Notes: generated from the sequence alone by a model not told the origin. DNA of 48,589 nt from a virus (IMGVR_UViG_3300025012_000032); one strand, 5' to 3'. Shown: positions 19,265-29,267, counted from the stretch's first letter. A program made the numbers and translations.

Positions 19265-20785
19265 ATGATTTTTAAATTTGATAAAGGTGGAAATATGAAT
19301 ATGGAAGGAGATATTGATATGGGCAGAAAAGCTAAGGATAGGGAAAGGTTTAGTCAGATGGATATTGGTGTTGTTAATGCAGTGAAGGAAGAGGTGATGG
19401 GAATGGTTGATAAGTCAATGGCTGAAACTGCTGTTGGGTTTGAGTCGTTAAATGAAGACGAAGATATGGTTCAAAGAGAGATGAAAAACGATGAAATTTG
19501 GGATCGAGGGAACAAGGATGGAGTAGTTGAGGCGAGTAAGGATATGCCTAGTTTTGGTAGTTTAAGTGAAATTACTAAATTACAAGATGAAAACAATGTT
19601 AATGATTTTAGCGATGAAGATGAAACTGATGACCAGAAAAGTGAAGCTCAAAGAAAAAAGGATGAGTTGGCTAAGAAAAGGGAATTACGCAAACTTAAAC
19701 AAGAATTAAAACAAAATGACTTAAAGTTAAAAGAAAGTACAAGTTGGTCATTCTCTCCGGTAATTCCTGTTTACAATCAAGGAGAAATCACCAAGTACAT
19801 TTGTACAATTTCTTCATTTGATCTTGCCTCCTATTTTGAAAACTCAATTATACGCTTCATTCCTAGCATTCAGAGGGGAAGTGTTACTACTTCGGCTGGA
19901 AAAGAAAAAGACAATTTTTCCAATAAACATGTAAATGATATTTTTCAAGCTTTTACACAAAAGAAAATTTTTGGAAATACAATTGTCTTAAATTATTCAA
20001 CGAGCAACGAATCAGATTTAGTGTATAATCAAGAGGACAATAGTATTACAGGAGAAGGATATTTACAGGGAATAGATTTTAGTCACCGTGCTAGAGCTTC
20101 CATAAAATGGAAAAACTCTTGGATTAAACATCCAGACCAATATGATGATCCTAGGCAATTTTATTTTAATTGCGAAGTAAATGTGGTATCTGACGAAGAT
20201 GCGAGACAAATGTTCGCGGAATTGAACAATTTTTCGCTTAGAGTCAACCCCACAAGAACACATTATCTTGATAATAGTAATTATGCTAACAAAATTGCAA
20301 GAAGAATTGAAAAAGAGTCAGATTTAAAAAACAAGATCGAAACAGTTAGCACAACAATTAAAGGTTCTAGCCATAATATTTGTAGTTATGGAGTTTTAAC
20401 AAATGCAATTAAAAAAAATTATAAAGAACCTCAAACTAAATTAGATCAAACAAATGTTGAAAATTGGTTAATAGAATACATTGATGAACTTGTATCAATC
20501 TTTCCTCAATTTATGGCTAATCCCAATATAGAAGTTAAAAATGAGTTGAAGAAACAATATTTCACAATCGAGCCATTGGCAATTGGTGCGATGATAGCAT
20601 TAAGCGCAGTTTTAAAAGATGATCCTGATTGGAAAATTAAACTTTCTAAATTAATTAAAGATGATTTCTTTTTAAGAACCGCGAGTCGATGGAGGCCAGT
20701 ATTGAAAGAAGGAGGAAAAATTATCAATGGTACATCGAGCGTAAAGTATTTTAATGAAACCGTAATTAATTGGTGTACTAAATAA
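19265..20785 (+). CDS. DndB/DGQHR-domain (ParB-like) protein with an acidic N-terminal extension
   Basis: FIPSIQRG...IVLNY...IDFSHR...EDARQMFAELN...VN matches the DGQHR family layout, but the motif reads DFSHR. Confidence 0.7.
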   Translation: MIFKFDKGGNMNMEGDIDMGRKAKDRERFSQMDIGVVNAVKEEVMGMVDKSMAETAVGFESLNEDEDMVQREMKNDEIWDRGNKDGVVEASKDMPSFGSLSEITKLQDENNVNDFSDEDETDDQKSEAQRKKDELAKKRELRKLKQELKQNDLKLKESTSWSFSPVIPVYNQGEITKYICTISSFDLASYFENSIIRFIPSIQRGSVTTSAGKEKDNFSNKHVNDIFQAFTQKKIFGNTIVLNYSTSNESDLVYNQEDNSITGEGYLQGIDFSHRARASIKWKNSWIKHPDQYDDPRQFYFNCEVNVVSDEDARQMFAELNNFSLRVNPTRTHYLDNSNYANKIARRIEKESDLKNKIETVSTTIKGSSHNICSYGVLTNAIKKNYKEPQTKLDQTNVENWLIEYIDELVSIFPQFMANPNIEVKNELKKQYFTIEPLAIGAMIALSAVLKDDPDWKIKLSKLIKDDFFLRTASRWRPVLKEGGKIINGTSSVKYFNETVINWCTK

Positions 20786-20797
20786 AAAGGCGTAAAA

Positions 20798-20843
20798 AAA
20801 TAAGGCAATACAAAATCCAATTAAGGATAAGTATTGCCTTATT
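20798..20843. terminator. Bidirectional terminator
   Basis: AATAAGGCAATAC/GTATTGCCTTATT inverted repeat between convergent genes. Confidence 0.75.
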
Positions 20844-20848
20844 AGATA

Positions 20849-21827
20849 TTATATTTTATTATTTAAACTCTCTAAAATATTTTTTATTGCTACATTAACA
20901 AATTCTTTAAATTCAATTACATTGGTAGTCCTGTATGTAATTCTCGTTATTTTAATATTATTATCTTTACAAAATTTGTTTTTAATATTGTCTTTTTTAA
21001 CTGTGTCTTGAAATTGTTTTTCTCCACCAAAATATTCAATAGGTTTTTCATGTTGCAAACCGTCTATTTCAAAAACCTTCATTACTATCAGGTAAATAAA
21101 AATCAAACCTCAATAAACTTTTATCTTTACATCCTTTAAATGTTTTCTCTGTTTCATAGTTAATATCATGTACTATTAATTCTCTTTCAAATATTTTGTT
21201 TCCATTTGATTTAGATTTAGATAGATGAGGATGTCCACAACCTCCATGTATAAAACCATCAGCAGTCGTATTAAAGATATTACTCATATCATCAGGCAAT
21301 TCTCCTTTATATACCCATTGATATTCTGTTTTAATATTATCATATTTTTTACTTATAATATCATATTCTGGTCTAAATAATTTACAATACAATTTTATAT
21401 TTTCTAATGCAAATTTATTTCTTTGTATAAAAGAAGGAATATGCCCTGCTTTTAAATTAGTTATAGAAGCTTGCACTTTAAACCCATATTTATCATAACA
21501 CCAAATTGACTTATCTACATCTTTCCAAGTATTAATATCAATAATATTTATATCATATTGATTATAAAATTCATATACTGATTCTTTTGTCCATGCTGTA
21601 ATTCCATTTTCTTCTTGGTAGCACTGTTTACACATATAACCTTTAGTGAAATTATTCCAACACACCCAATATGATTCGTGGTTGTCATTGGGACATTTTA
21701 CTAAACTCCATAATTGATTCTGATATGACTTTTCCACTCTTTTTGTTTCTAGTATTTCATACTCCTCATAACCATTAGTGCTTTTACAAAAATTATTCAT
21801 TGCTTCTAAATTCCATCTTTTTCCCAT
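20849..21827 (-). pseudogene. Zn-ribbon + DUF559-like endonuclease split by a 1-nt frameshift near 21076
   Basis: The upstream ORF ends LRFDFYLPDSN and another frame continues EVFEIDGLQH...KDNIKNKFC. Removing one G from GAAGGTTTTTGAA fuses them. Confidence 0.75.
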
Positions 21828-22063
21828 TATTTATCATCCTTTCTTCTACTCAAAAAAGTCTAAAAAATGGAATAAGAGTCCTGCGTAGTAGCACAAGACT
21901 CTCGTTTTACATCAATAAATTTGGCCTAACTTATTGATAACCATATTCATTACAATTTCATCAACTACCCAAAAATCCACAAACAAAAAGAGAATGCATT
22001 CCAACATTCTCAAAAACTAATTCAATATAAAATTCTATAAACTAATAATCCTAACTAACAATC

Positions 22064-22270
22064 CTAATCACCACAAACCAAAACCTTCTTCTTACCACTC
22101 AAAACATCCTCAGACCAATTAATAGGAACAATATCCTCTAAATATTCCTCAGTTGAAACAACATCCCTATCCCTATTTTCCATCAACAACAAACTCAAAC
22201 CAACCTTCCCTGAATATTTACCCATCATCTGTTTTAATTCTTCTTTCTTTTTAGGTGTTAATCCAGACAT
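22064..22270 (-). CDS. Hypothetical protein
   Basis: AGGAGG RBS before ATG 22270. Confidence 0.6.
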   Translation of the reverse strand: MSGLTPKKKEELKQMMGKYSGKVGLSLLLMENRDRDVVSTEEYLEDIVPINWSEDVLSGKKKVLVCGD

Positions 22271-22416
22271 AATTTTCCTCCTGACTAATAATATAAATAC
22301 ATACATTTATTAGATAATATTAGTACATTAAATTAGTATAATCCCAATGAATAATGGTATAATATACATGCACATATTATCCGATGATTGCAACTAAAAT
22401 AGGAGGTATTAAATCA

Positions 22417-22689
22417 ATGTCTGAATATGTATATTCAACTGGAGACATAAGCATAAATTCTCAAAGAAATCCGAATTTCCCAATAACTTGTCCAATATGT
22501 AAAAGTAAAAACGTTAAACCATCTAACATGGTTATTTGTTTTCGTATGGAATCACCAGGGGTTGTAATAAATCATTCACCAACTATTACACAAATGTGCA
22601 ATGATTGTGGTTATCTTATGTTCTTTATGAGAATTAAAACTGAAGAAGATAAATTAAAAGAGGCCGAAGAAAATGAAAGGTGGAAATAG
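22417..22689 (+). CDS. Zn-ribbon protein (CPICKS...CNDCG)
   Basis: AGGAGG RBS; lone plus-strand gene followed by a terminator at 22715-22755. Confidence 0.7.
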   Translation: MSEYVYSTGDISINSQRNPNFPITCPICKSKNVKPSNMVICFRMESPGVVINHSPTITQMCNDCGYLMFFMRIKTEEDKLKEAEENERWK

Positions 22690-22766
22690 AATAATTATTC
22701 TCTAATTCTTATATAAATACTCCTAACTGATAGATCAAAACAGTTAGGAGTATTTGCTTGCCTTAT

Positions 22767-23360
22767 TTACTTAATATCGTAATTTTGTATATGATTTTGT
22801 ATTAAACCTAAAATTTCTTTATAAGCATTTATCAAATTCTTATATGTCCCATAGTCCTCACTTTTTCTAAGTTTCTCCAATTTAGGAGTAAGCTCCTCTA
22901 TTTCTCCTACAAGAGTTTCTAATACTTTTTCACTAAAAGGTCTTTCATCTTTTATTTTTGAGCAAGTATAAAATCCAGTGATTATTTTAAAACCATGTTC
23001 TTTTATGGTCATAATTTGTGAATCGCTAAAACCTTCATCTATCACTACATTTCTTATATCTGTTTCTCTTTTAGCGTTATGTACTTCATACCATCCATAA
23101 ATATATTTATATCCCTCTTCTTCTATAATTTGTGTTGCATTTGGATGAAAAACAATATACCCATATTTCTTAGCAAATTTAACTAATCCATGTGTCTTTC
23201 CAATTCCTCTTAACCATTGTGTATGTATTAACTCTGAGATGCCACTTCTAATCTATCTAAAATTAATTCCCCCTGTATCTATATTGATAATTTTGCTCTT
23301 AATTTTCCCTAAAGAATTCAATTGTGTTAATAAATTAATTTCGTCCAATAAATAAATCAT
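22767..23360 (-). pseudogene. P-loop-like hypothetical protein with an in-frame TAG at 23253-23255
   Basis: One frame from ATG 23360 (GGAG RBS) to stop 22767, with a single amber codon; WLRGIGKT...VVIDEG lies downstream of it. Confidence 0.6.
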
Positions 23361-23393
23361 ATATTTTCTCCTTGATGTCGGTCATCAACTTAT

Positions 23394-23906
23394 TTATCTT
23401 CTTCCATATCTTTGCATACCTTTACTAATCTCATCAATTACCATTTGTGAATAACTTTTTAAATCAAATTTCTCTTTCTGAGATTCTTTTACAAATTGTT
23501 CTAATACCTTAATTCTTTCATCTAAAACAAACAAGAAATCTACCAACATATCCTTACTATCCTCCTTAATTTCAGATTTATCCAATACATGTTTATCTGA
23601 TTCAATATCATCTTCTTTGGGTTTACAATGATCTAATAAACATTGAATTGCATTAGAGTATAATTCAGCAAAGTCTTCGCAGTTTTCATCCTTAAAAATA
23701 TCTTCTATTACAAAACCCATATGTTCCATATATTCAATTGGCACATTTGAATTATTACCTTGATTGAAATAGTCTTTATTTTTAGCAAAATAATCATAGC
23801 ACTCAATATATTTATTGCCAAATGTATGATATTTATCAGTTGGAAAATTCTCAATAGATAGACCATTTTTACCATAAACATATAATCTAGTTAACATTTT
23901 GCTCAT
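23394..23906 (-). CDS. Hypothetical protein
   Basis: 170 aa ORF with GGAGG RBS. Confidence 0.7.
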   Translation of the reverse strand: MSKMLTRLYVYGKNGLSIENFPTDKYHTFGNKYIECYDYFAKNKDYFNQGNNSNVPIEYMEHMGFVIEDIFKDENCEDFAELYSNAIQCLLDHCKPKEDDIESDKHVLDKSEIKEDSKDMLVDFLFVLDERIKVLEQFVKESQKEKFDLKSYSQMVIDEISKGMQRYGRR

Positions 23907-23949
23907 TATATTTTACCTCCGGCGTAGGATCGCCACCCATTATTTATTT

Positions 23950-24228
23950 CTATTGACATCTTACTTTGCCTTCATGATCTTCTAACCTATATACCCAATA
24001 AACTTTTTGTATTAACCAATCAGTATCCTCTTGAGATATTTTTATTTCACTTTTAAGTTGTTCACAAAGTTCATCAATCTTATCTAATTCTTTATGGTCT
24101 AACTGAACAATAGGATTTCTGACACTTCCATAAGATAGATACATATTTTGATAATGTTCTTCAATTGTACTACGCATAATTATTAGCACAAAGACGTTGA
24201 CGACTATAATAATGGTTAATAATAACAT
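23950..24228 (-). CDS. Hypothetical membrane-anchored protein
   Basis: N-terminal hydrophobic helix; GGAGG RBS. Confidence 0.65.
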   Translation of the reverse strand: MLLLTIIIVVNVFVLIIMRSTIEEHYQNMYLSYGSVRNPIVQLDHKELDKIDELCEQLKSEIKISQEDTDWLIQKVYWVYRLEDHEGKVRCQ

Positions 24229-24267
24229 TTCTCACCTCCTCTCAACCTAACAATACAAATTATTTTA

Positions 24268-24372
24268 CTAATCATGTGTCTCTTCTTTATATTTCTCTAA
24301 GAATTCCTTAGCTTTTTCTATCCCTCCTAACATTTCAATAATTTCTTCAGTAGATAGTTTTATAGTTTCCAT
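24268..24372 (-). CDS. 34-aa hypothetical peptide
   Basis: AAGGAGG RBS; METIKLSTEEIIEMLGGIEKAKEFLEKYKEETHD. Confidence 0.5.
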   Translation of the reverse strand: METIKLSTEEIIEMLGGIEKAKEFLEKYKEETHD

Positions 24373-24408
24373 TTTATATCACCTCCTTAAATTAATATAT
24401 CTTGCATG

Positions 24409-24510
24409 TTACTCACTAAAATCATTTTTCTTCCAACGCGATAGTAATCTATTTTTTAGGAAAATATTAAATAAAATAGTCACTACAAATGCAGTTATGA
24501 AAAATTTCAT
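24409..24510 (-). CDS. 33-aa hydrophobic/basic peptide
   Basis: GGAGG RBS; MKFFITAFVVTILFNIFLKNRLLSRWKKNDFSE. Confidence 0.55.
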   Translation of the reverse strand: MKFFITAFVVTILFNIFLKNRLLSRWKKNDFSE

Positions 24511-24539
24511 TGCTTATCACCTCCATTCAACAATTGTTA

Positions 24540-24743
24540 CTAAGTCCTCTTAACTGGAATATTAAACATCATCCTAAAAAACTCCTCATATCCAATATGA
24601 TAAATTTTCTCTTGATCTAACTCGTCTTCTTCAAAATCATACCAACTTTTATAAATTGATATTCCATTGTAACTTAAATCAATATCATATGGATCTGTGA
24701 CTTCATCGTTGGGTAGTACATCATTCATTAAAGCATCTTTCAT
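24540..24743 (-). CDS. Hypothetical protein (frame is open upstream to about 24842; possible ATT start)
   Basis: ORF track call; the AAGGAG RBS sits before an in-frame ATT further upstream. Confidence 0.55.
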   Translation of the reverse strand: MKDALMNDVLPNDEVTDPYDIDLSYNGISIYKSWYDFEEDELDQEKIYHIGYEEFFRMMFNIPVKRT

Positions 24744-24896
24744 TTGAATAATTGGTTTACATAAATTTTCTAAAATATTTACGATTTCTACATCTGTCTT
24801 TGCATTTTTTATTTCTTGGACAAGTTCATTTATATAATTAATTTTATCATCTCCTTAAAAACTTAATATATAATAATTATTTATATATGTATTCGA

Positions 24897-25808
24897 TTAT
24901 ATTACATTTGGAAGTGGGTTTAATTTTATGTATTCTGAGTAGTATTGCCATTGTAGTTTTTCGTTGGTGATTGGATGACGACCTGCCGATTTACATCTTC
25001 CACAAAATACGTGAGATATGTTGGATTGGTTTATTTTATATTTAATACTTGCATCTTTAATACAGTTAAAAACTTCTTTTGTATTTACACAAATTATCTT
25101 TTTTGCATTACCATTCATTTCTCCTATCCCTATTTGTTTTAATTTTCTAGTTTCGCTTATTTTTCTTCTAATTTCTTCAGGAAGATGTTTGCCATACCAA
25201 GGATTATTTTCACCACTACTTGATTTACTCATTTTTATTTTTGATTGTTCTGATATAATTTTACCTTTATGAACTTTACTTATTTGTTTCTTTCTTTCGT
25301 CTGAAAGATGTTTTCCATAAAGAGGAGATTTTCCACCTTTTAATTTACCAGTATTGGCTTTACTAATTTTTTGTTTAGTTTCTTCTAACATTTTTACACC
25401 ATAATTAGGATTGTTTTCCCCACTAACATTATAATGGTTATTACTAATCTTATCTTTTGATTCTTGTGAATGTTTTCCACTATGCCCACCATATTGTAAA
25501 TTATAATAATCTATACTCTCTACTGCATTATGATTTTTAATGAATTCTATTTCCAATTCATCTAATTCTTCTTTGGAGTATGCTATGGCTAAAATTTTTC
25601 TACTAAAGTTTTCTTTACCATAAAGTTTTAATGCTCTTTTAAAATACAACCCACTACCTAAATAATTCTGCCATCTCTTATCAAATATTTTCAATCCTAT
25701 ATATTTCATTTTATCAACATTATATTCGCTAATGTAAATAAACCCATAAGCACTCTTATCTAAGCCATTTTCCAATATGTATTCAACACTAAAAATATTC
25801 TCTTCCAC
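24897..25808 (-). CDS. GIY-YIG homing endonuclease with NUMOD3 repeats and a NUMOD1 domain
   Basis: YGFIY...YIG, YLGSG, YYN catalytic domain; repeated NP.YGKHLSEE.K..IS units. Confidence 0.9.
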   Translation of the reverse strand: MEENIFSVEYILENGLDKSAYGFIYISEYNVDKMKYIGLKIFDKRWQNYLGSGLYFKRALKLYGKENFSRKILAIAYSKEELDELEIEFIKNHNAVESIDYYNLQYGGHSGKHSQESKDKISNNHYNVSGENNPNYGVKMLEETKQKISKANTGKLKGGKSPLYGKHLSDERKKQISKVHKGKIISEQSKIKMSKSSSGENNPWYGKHLPEEIRRKISETRKLKQIGIGEMNGNAKKIICVNTKEVFNCIKDASIKYKINQSNISHVFCGRCKSAGRHPITNEKLQWQYYSEYIKLNPLPNVI

Positions 25809-25873
25809 TCTTAATTCTCTCCTCCTGATTAAGAACTCTCATATACGCTATATAAACTTGCAAGTTCTCACCT

Positions 25874-26081
25874 CTGAACCTCTGTTTATGCAGGTTCTTA
25901 TGTACTAATGAATTTCTTTTATACTCTCATTTGCAAGTATGATATTTCATTTGCATTTTACACATACAAACACTAATCATTTTCCACAAGACTTTTACTA
26001 TCAATCCTACTATTGTAGAAATTAGCGATAGCATACGGCTCGATTCTAAACCGCTTTTGTTTTTTTGACAACTAATATATT
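25874..26081 (-). ncRNA. Putative omega/reRNA scaffold and right end of the TnpB element
   Basis: About 200 nt non-coding after tnpB, ending in hairpin GAACCT-GCATAAACAG-AGGTTC and terminal GAGGTTCAG, resembling IS607-type right ends by recall. Confidence 0.6.
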
Positions 26082-27533
26082 CTAAATTACATTCCTTAAA
26101 GCTACTGGCAGATTCAATCCCTTTAATCTCTCAATTTCAATATCATGTAATACTTTAAACTGACTAAACTTCTCAAAACATAAATCTCGATTAATTGTTT
26201 CTAAATCGTCATTCACATTCATAATTAGAAAACTTGAATACAAATCCCTCTGTATTTTAAATTCTCCAAAGTAGTTCCATCTCTCATTTAAGTCTTTCTT
26301 AATAAACTTATCATCGATATGATTATATTGACTAGCTTTTACTTTCCATGTGTCAATTTTCTTTAATCCTAAATTGTTCCATTTAAGTTTATTATCCAAT
26401 ATTGTTAAAAACATAGATGGTGCTTTATTTGCAAGAGACTTTCCAAATCGTTTCTTTTTATTTATTTTACCTGTCTTTTTGTTCTTAGTAGTTTTCTTAG
26501 TCCTTGCTTGTAATCCTTTGTAACTCATAGTTTCAACTTTTATATCATTTCCTAAAGTTAAGACATAATTAGCAAGTTTATTATGAGATTGTTTTCGTAT
26601 TTCTCTTTGCTTGCGTTGAAGTTCTTTTAATTCCATTTGAGTCTTGATGTAATGTTTTGATTTAATCCATTTACTTCTATCTTTAGTATTTATAGTGCCA
26701 TTATCATTGTATTTATTAGGATTAGTCGCTCGTCTAGACCTATCCATTTTCCTTTGCAAAACTCTCTTCTGATCTTCGATATTCTGCACTTCTGGTGCTA
26801 ATTCTAAAAGTTTAACTTCTGTGTCAGAACAAATCCCAATTGATTGAGTTCCAATATCCAAGCCTACAATTCCATCATTGATATAATGCTTAATTTCTCC
26901 AGTATTTATATCAAACTTTTGAGGAGGGATACCGTCCAATATCAACTGAACATAGTAATGGTACTTTCCTTTAATTGTTTCACGTTTAATGCGACAATAT
27001 TTAATCTTATTCCGTAAAGACAAATGAGCATAAATATCATTAGATTTAATAATTACTGGAATTTTCAAGCCTGAGAATAATACAACATTTTCTCTAAATC
27101 TAATCCCTTGTTTATTAGATTTTCCTTCGATAGAATTCAATTCTCCAAATACCTTATATTTAATTTTCTTAGCTTTATGAAATACCAACCCTTGAAAAGC
27201 ATCAAAAGCTCTCGTGGCAATCTTTTGTACAGTCATAGCATCAATCCCAAAATATTTGCCCATTGGTTTAACAAAGTCGTGTAATGAATACTCTGTTAAT
27301 TTATATTCAACATTGAGTTTATTGAATATCTTATTACGATCTTTTCCTTTATATTTACAATTTTTCTGATATGCTTTAGATTCCCTCATATGGTTATATC
27401 GTTTATGTAATTCTGATATGCAAGAATTATAAACCTTTCTGCATTTCTCAAAATTCTTATCCAAAACATCTTTTTGGAACTTTTCAGTTTGCAACGGAAG
27501 AGTTAAAACAAAATTGGACATAGTATCCACCAC
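26082..27533 (-). CDS. tnpB: TnpB family RNA-guided nuclease, IS200/605/607 type without the Cys zinc finger
   Basis: RuvC-I VGLDIG, RuvC-II IKVETM and RuvC-III IQRDLYS are all intact; helical insert DRSRRATNP. Confidence 0.88.
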   Translation of the reverse strand: MVDTMSNFVLTLPLQTEKFQKDVLDKNFEKCRKVYNSCISELHKRYNHMRESKAYQKNCKYKGKDRNKIFNKLNVEYKLTEYSLHDFVKPMGKYFGIDAMTVQKIATRAFDAFQGLVFHKAKKIKYKVFGELNSIEGKSNKQGIRFRENVVLFSGLKIPVIIKSNDIYAHLSLRNKIKYCRIKRETIKGKYHYYVQLILDGIPPQKFDINTGEIKHYINDGIVGLDIGTQSIGICSDTEVKLLELAPEVQNIEDQKRVLQRKMDRSRRATNPNKYNDNGTINTKDRSKWIKSKHYIKTQMELKELQRKQREIRKQSHNKLANYVLTLGNDIKVETMSYKGLQARTKKTTKNKKTGKINKKKRFGKSLANKAPSMFLTILDNKLKWNNLGLKKIDTWKVKASQYNHIDDKFIKKDLNERWNYFGEFKIQRDLYSSFLIMNVNDDLETINRDLCFEKFSQFKVLHDIEIERLKGLNLPVALRNVI

Positions 27534-27613
27534 CTTTCTATTAATATCAATCCTTTGTAAAAGAGTTAATAACTTAATCTTGATTATTTATGTATTATAC
27601 AATTCATAACTAA

Positions 27614-28987
27614 TCAACTAACCTTCTTATCCTTAAACTTACTCATCATCTTCAATTGCTCCACAATAATACTATCAATCATTGGAATACTAATATTTTT
27701 AGCAGCGTTTATATCCGCGTTTTCTTCATGTCCACATGTAACACATTTAAACTTAGCTTGATTACCTTTACAGTTTCTATTCTCATCATCAATACATCCA
27801 CAATGACTACATCTTTTGCTTGTGTATTTTGGGTCAATGAGTACAAATTTTATACCATTTTCTTCACATTTATATTGGATCTTTGTTTGTAAGTCATGAT
27901 ATGCCCAATTCTTCAAAAACTTCTCTGATTGCTGTTCAGAAAATCCACTTAAATTTTCCATTTGAATTGTCGCACAATTATGTTTAATTGCAAATTCTAT
28001 TATGTATTTGCTAACTTTATGGTTATATGTATCTTTGAATCTTGCTACTTTATCTCCAATATCATTAAACGGTTTCATTCTAGTGTTTCTACCATGGCCT
28101 ATCCTACCATCACCAACTATTTTACTAGCTTTTTGAATTTGTCTTTTTCTAGCATTTAATTTATTTCTAAACTGTGATATTTCTTTACCATTAATTACAC
28201 TTTTATTCCAAGATAATTTATCCCATTTTTCTGTACTCATATCAAATACTTGCATTACTGCTGTATTAACTAGTCCTAAATCAATTCCTAGAATTTTATT
28301 CGTGTTCAATTCTAGTGCAACAGGTTCAAAAGAGTAACTAATTGTTAAATACCATTTGCCACTTTTCTTTTTATCTTCAATGATTTGCATTGCCCCTTGC
28401 TTATAAATACCAGACATAATCTTATTTAAGATGGATTTTTGACTAGATCCTAAACTTTCAATAGTGAAATTAACTCTTTTTACATTATTTTCTTGTTGAT
28501 ATGGCGTACTAAATAAACTGCACATAACTTCAAATCCCTTTGTATTAATATTTATTTTAAAGTTATTGTTTTTTATGATTATGGGCGTACTTAGTCTAAA
28601 ATTTGATACTCCTACTTTCCCTTTGAATACTCCTTTCTTTTTATCATCACTAAATCTTTTAGAAACGAATTGATATGCTTGAGCAACATTTCCACTATTA
28701 TGAGATACCATAACTTCATTCATTCTGTTTTGTATCCAAGCTCCATGAGTTTTACCAAATCTTTCACGTTCATTTATATTTACACCATTTAATTCTTTAT
28801 GCTCCGTATTTTCCATAGAAAATGTATAAAAATAAGTCATTGCTTTATTGAACGCTAACCATGATTGATATCTCAAATCACTAAGTATTTTTCTATAATC
28901 TAATACTTTTTTTGTATCACTTTCTTTATCACAATATTCATTACAATTCTTTATTTCAATTTTTACACATTCATTCATTTGTATCAT
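27614..28987 (-). CDS. cas12f: Cas12f1 (type V-F) effector, AsCas12f1-like (likely start 28978)
   Basis: ILGIDLG, IQMENL, NADINAAKNI and CSHCG/CVTCG are intact. Segments such as KWYLTISYSFEP, GHGRNTRMKP, FLKNWAYHDLQTKI and IDPKYTSKRC closely echo AsCas12f1 as recalled. Adjacent repeats and tracrRNA distinguish it from plain TnpB. Confidence 0.88.
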   Translation of the reverse strand: MIQMNECVKIEIKNCNEYCDKESDTKKVLDYRKILSDLRYQSWLAFNKAMTYFYTFSMENTEHKELNGVNINERERFGKTHGAWIQNRMNEVMVSHNSGNVAQAYQFVSKRFSDDKKKGVFKGKVGVSNFRLSTPIIIKNNNFKININTKGFEVMCSLFSTPYQQENNVKRVNFTIESLGSSQKSILNKIMSGIYKQGAMQIIEDKKKSGKWYLTISYSFEPVALELNTNKILGIDLGLVNTAVMQVFDMSTEKWDKLSWNKSVINGKEISQFRNKLNARKRQIQKASKIVGDGRIGHGRNTRMKPFNDIGDKVARFKDTYNHKVSKYIIEFAIKHNCATIQMENLSGFSEQQSEKFLKNWAYHDLQTKIQYKCEENGIKFVLIDPKYTSKRCSHCGCIDDENRNCKGNQAKFKCVTCGHEENADINAAKNISIPMIDSIIVEQLKMMSKFKDKKVS

Positions 28988-29105
28988 CCTTTTTAAGTTA
29001 ATAATTTATATTTTAATTTATAATATTATAAAAATCATGATTTTAGTAAATTTATCCTATTAGGCATACACAAGAGTTGTATAACCAAAATCGTAAGATG
29101 GTCAG

Positions 29106-29267
29106 ACTTACATCTTATACACATATACAAGTTATAATCCTAATATGTCAGCAAGGATATATCAGTTTCCATTTACATCTTATACGCACACACAAGTTGT
29201 AACATGATGTTGGATATATTAGACAGGATACATTGCTTACATCTTATACGCACATACGAATTGTAAC
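29106..29267 (-). CRISPR. CRISPR mini-array: three 33-nt repeats, two spacers (31 and 32 nt), plus a degenerate trailing repeat at about 29050-29085
   Basis: Repeats at 29235-29267, 29171-29203 and 29106-29138; minus-strand consensus GTTACAAYTYGTRTGTGCGTATAAGATGTAARY; period 64-65 bp. Confidence 0.85.

Noticed and set aside
22767-23360. Genome-wide stop-codon reassignment (TAG or TGA recoding)
   Set aside because: TAG and TGA end clearly complete genes elsewhere (gyrB 890-892, 5689-5691, 7558-7560, cas12f 27614-27616), so the in-frame stops are local.
25874-27613. Intact IStron (group I intron plus IS607)
   Set aside because: The 3' end GGTTCAG fits, but only 80 bp lie upstream of tnpB, with no room for an intron core or serine recombinase.
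27614-28987. Nuclease-dead Cas12f/TldR-type regulator
   Set aside because: All three RuvC acidic residues are present and no sigma-factor gene is adjacent.
29030-29045. Palindrome AAAATCATGATTTT upstream of cas12f, partly shared with 8433-8443
   Set aside because: It could be an operator, but it is short and AT-rich and no matching promoter spacing was found; too weak to call.
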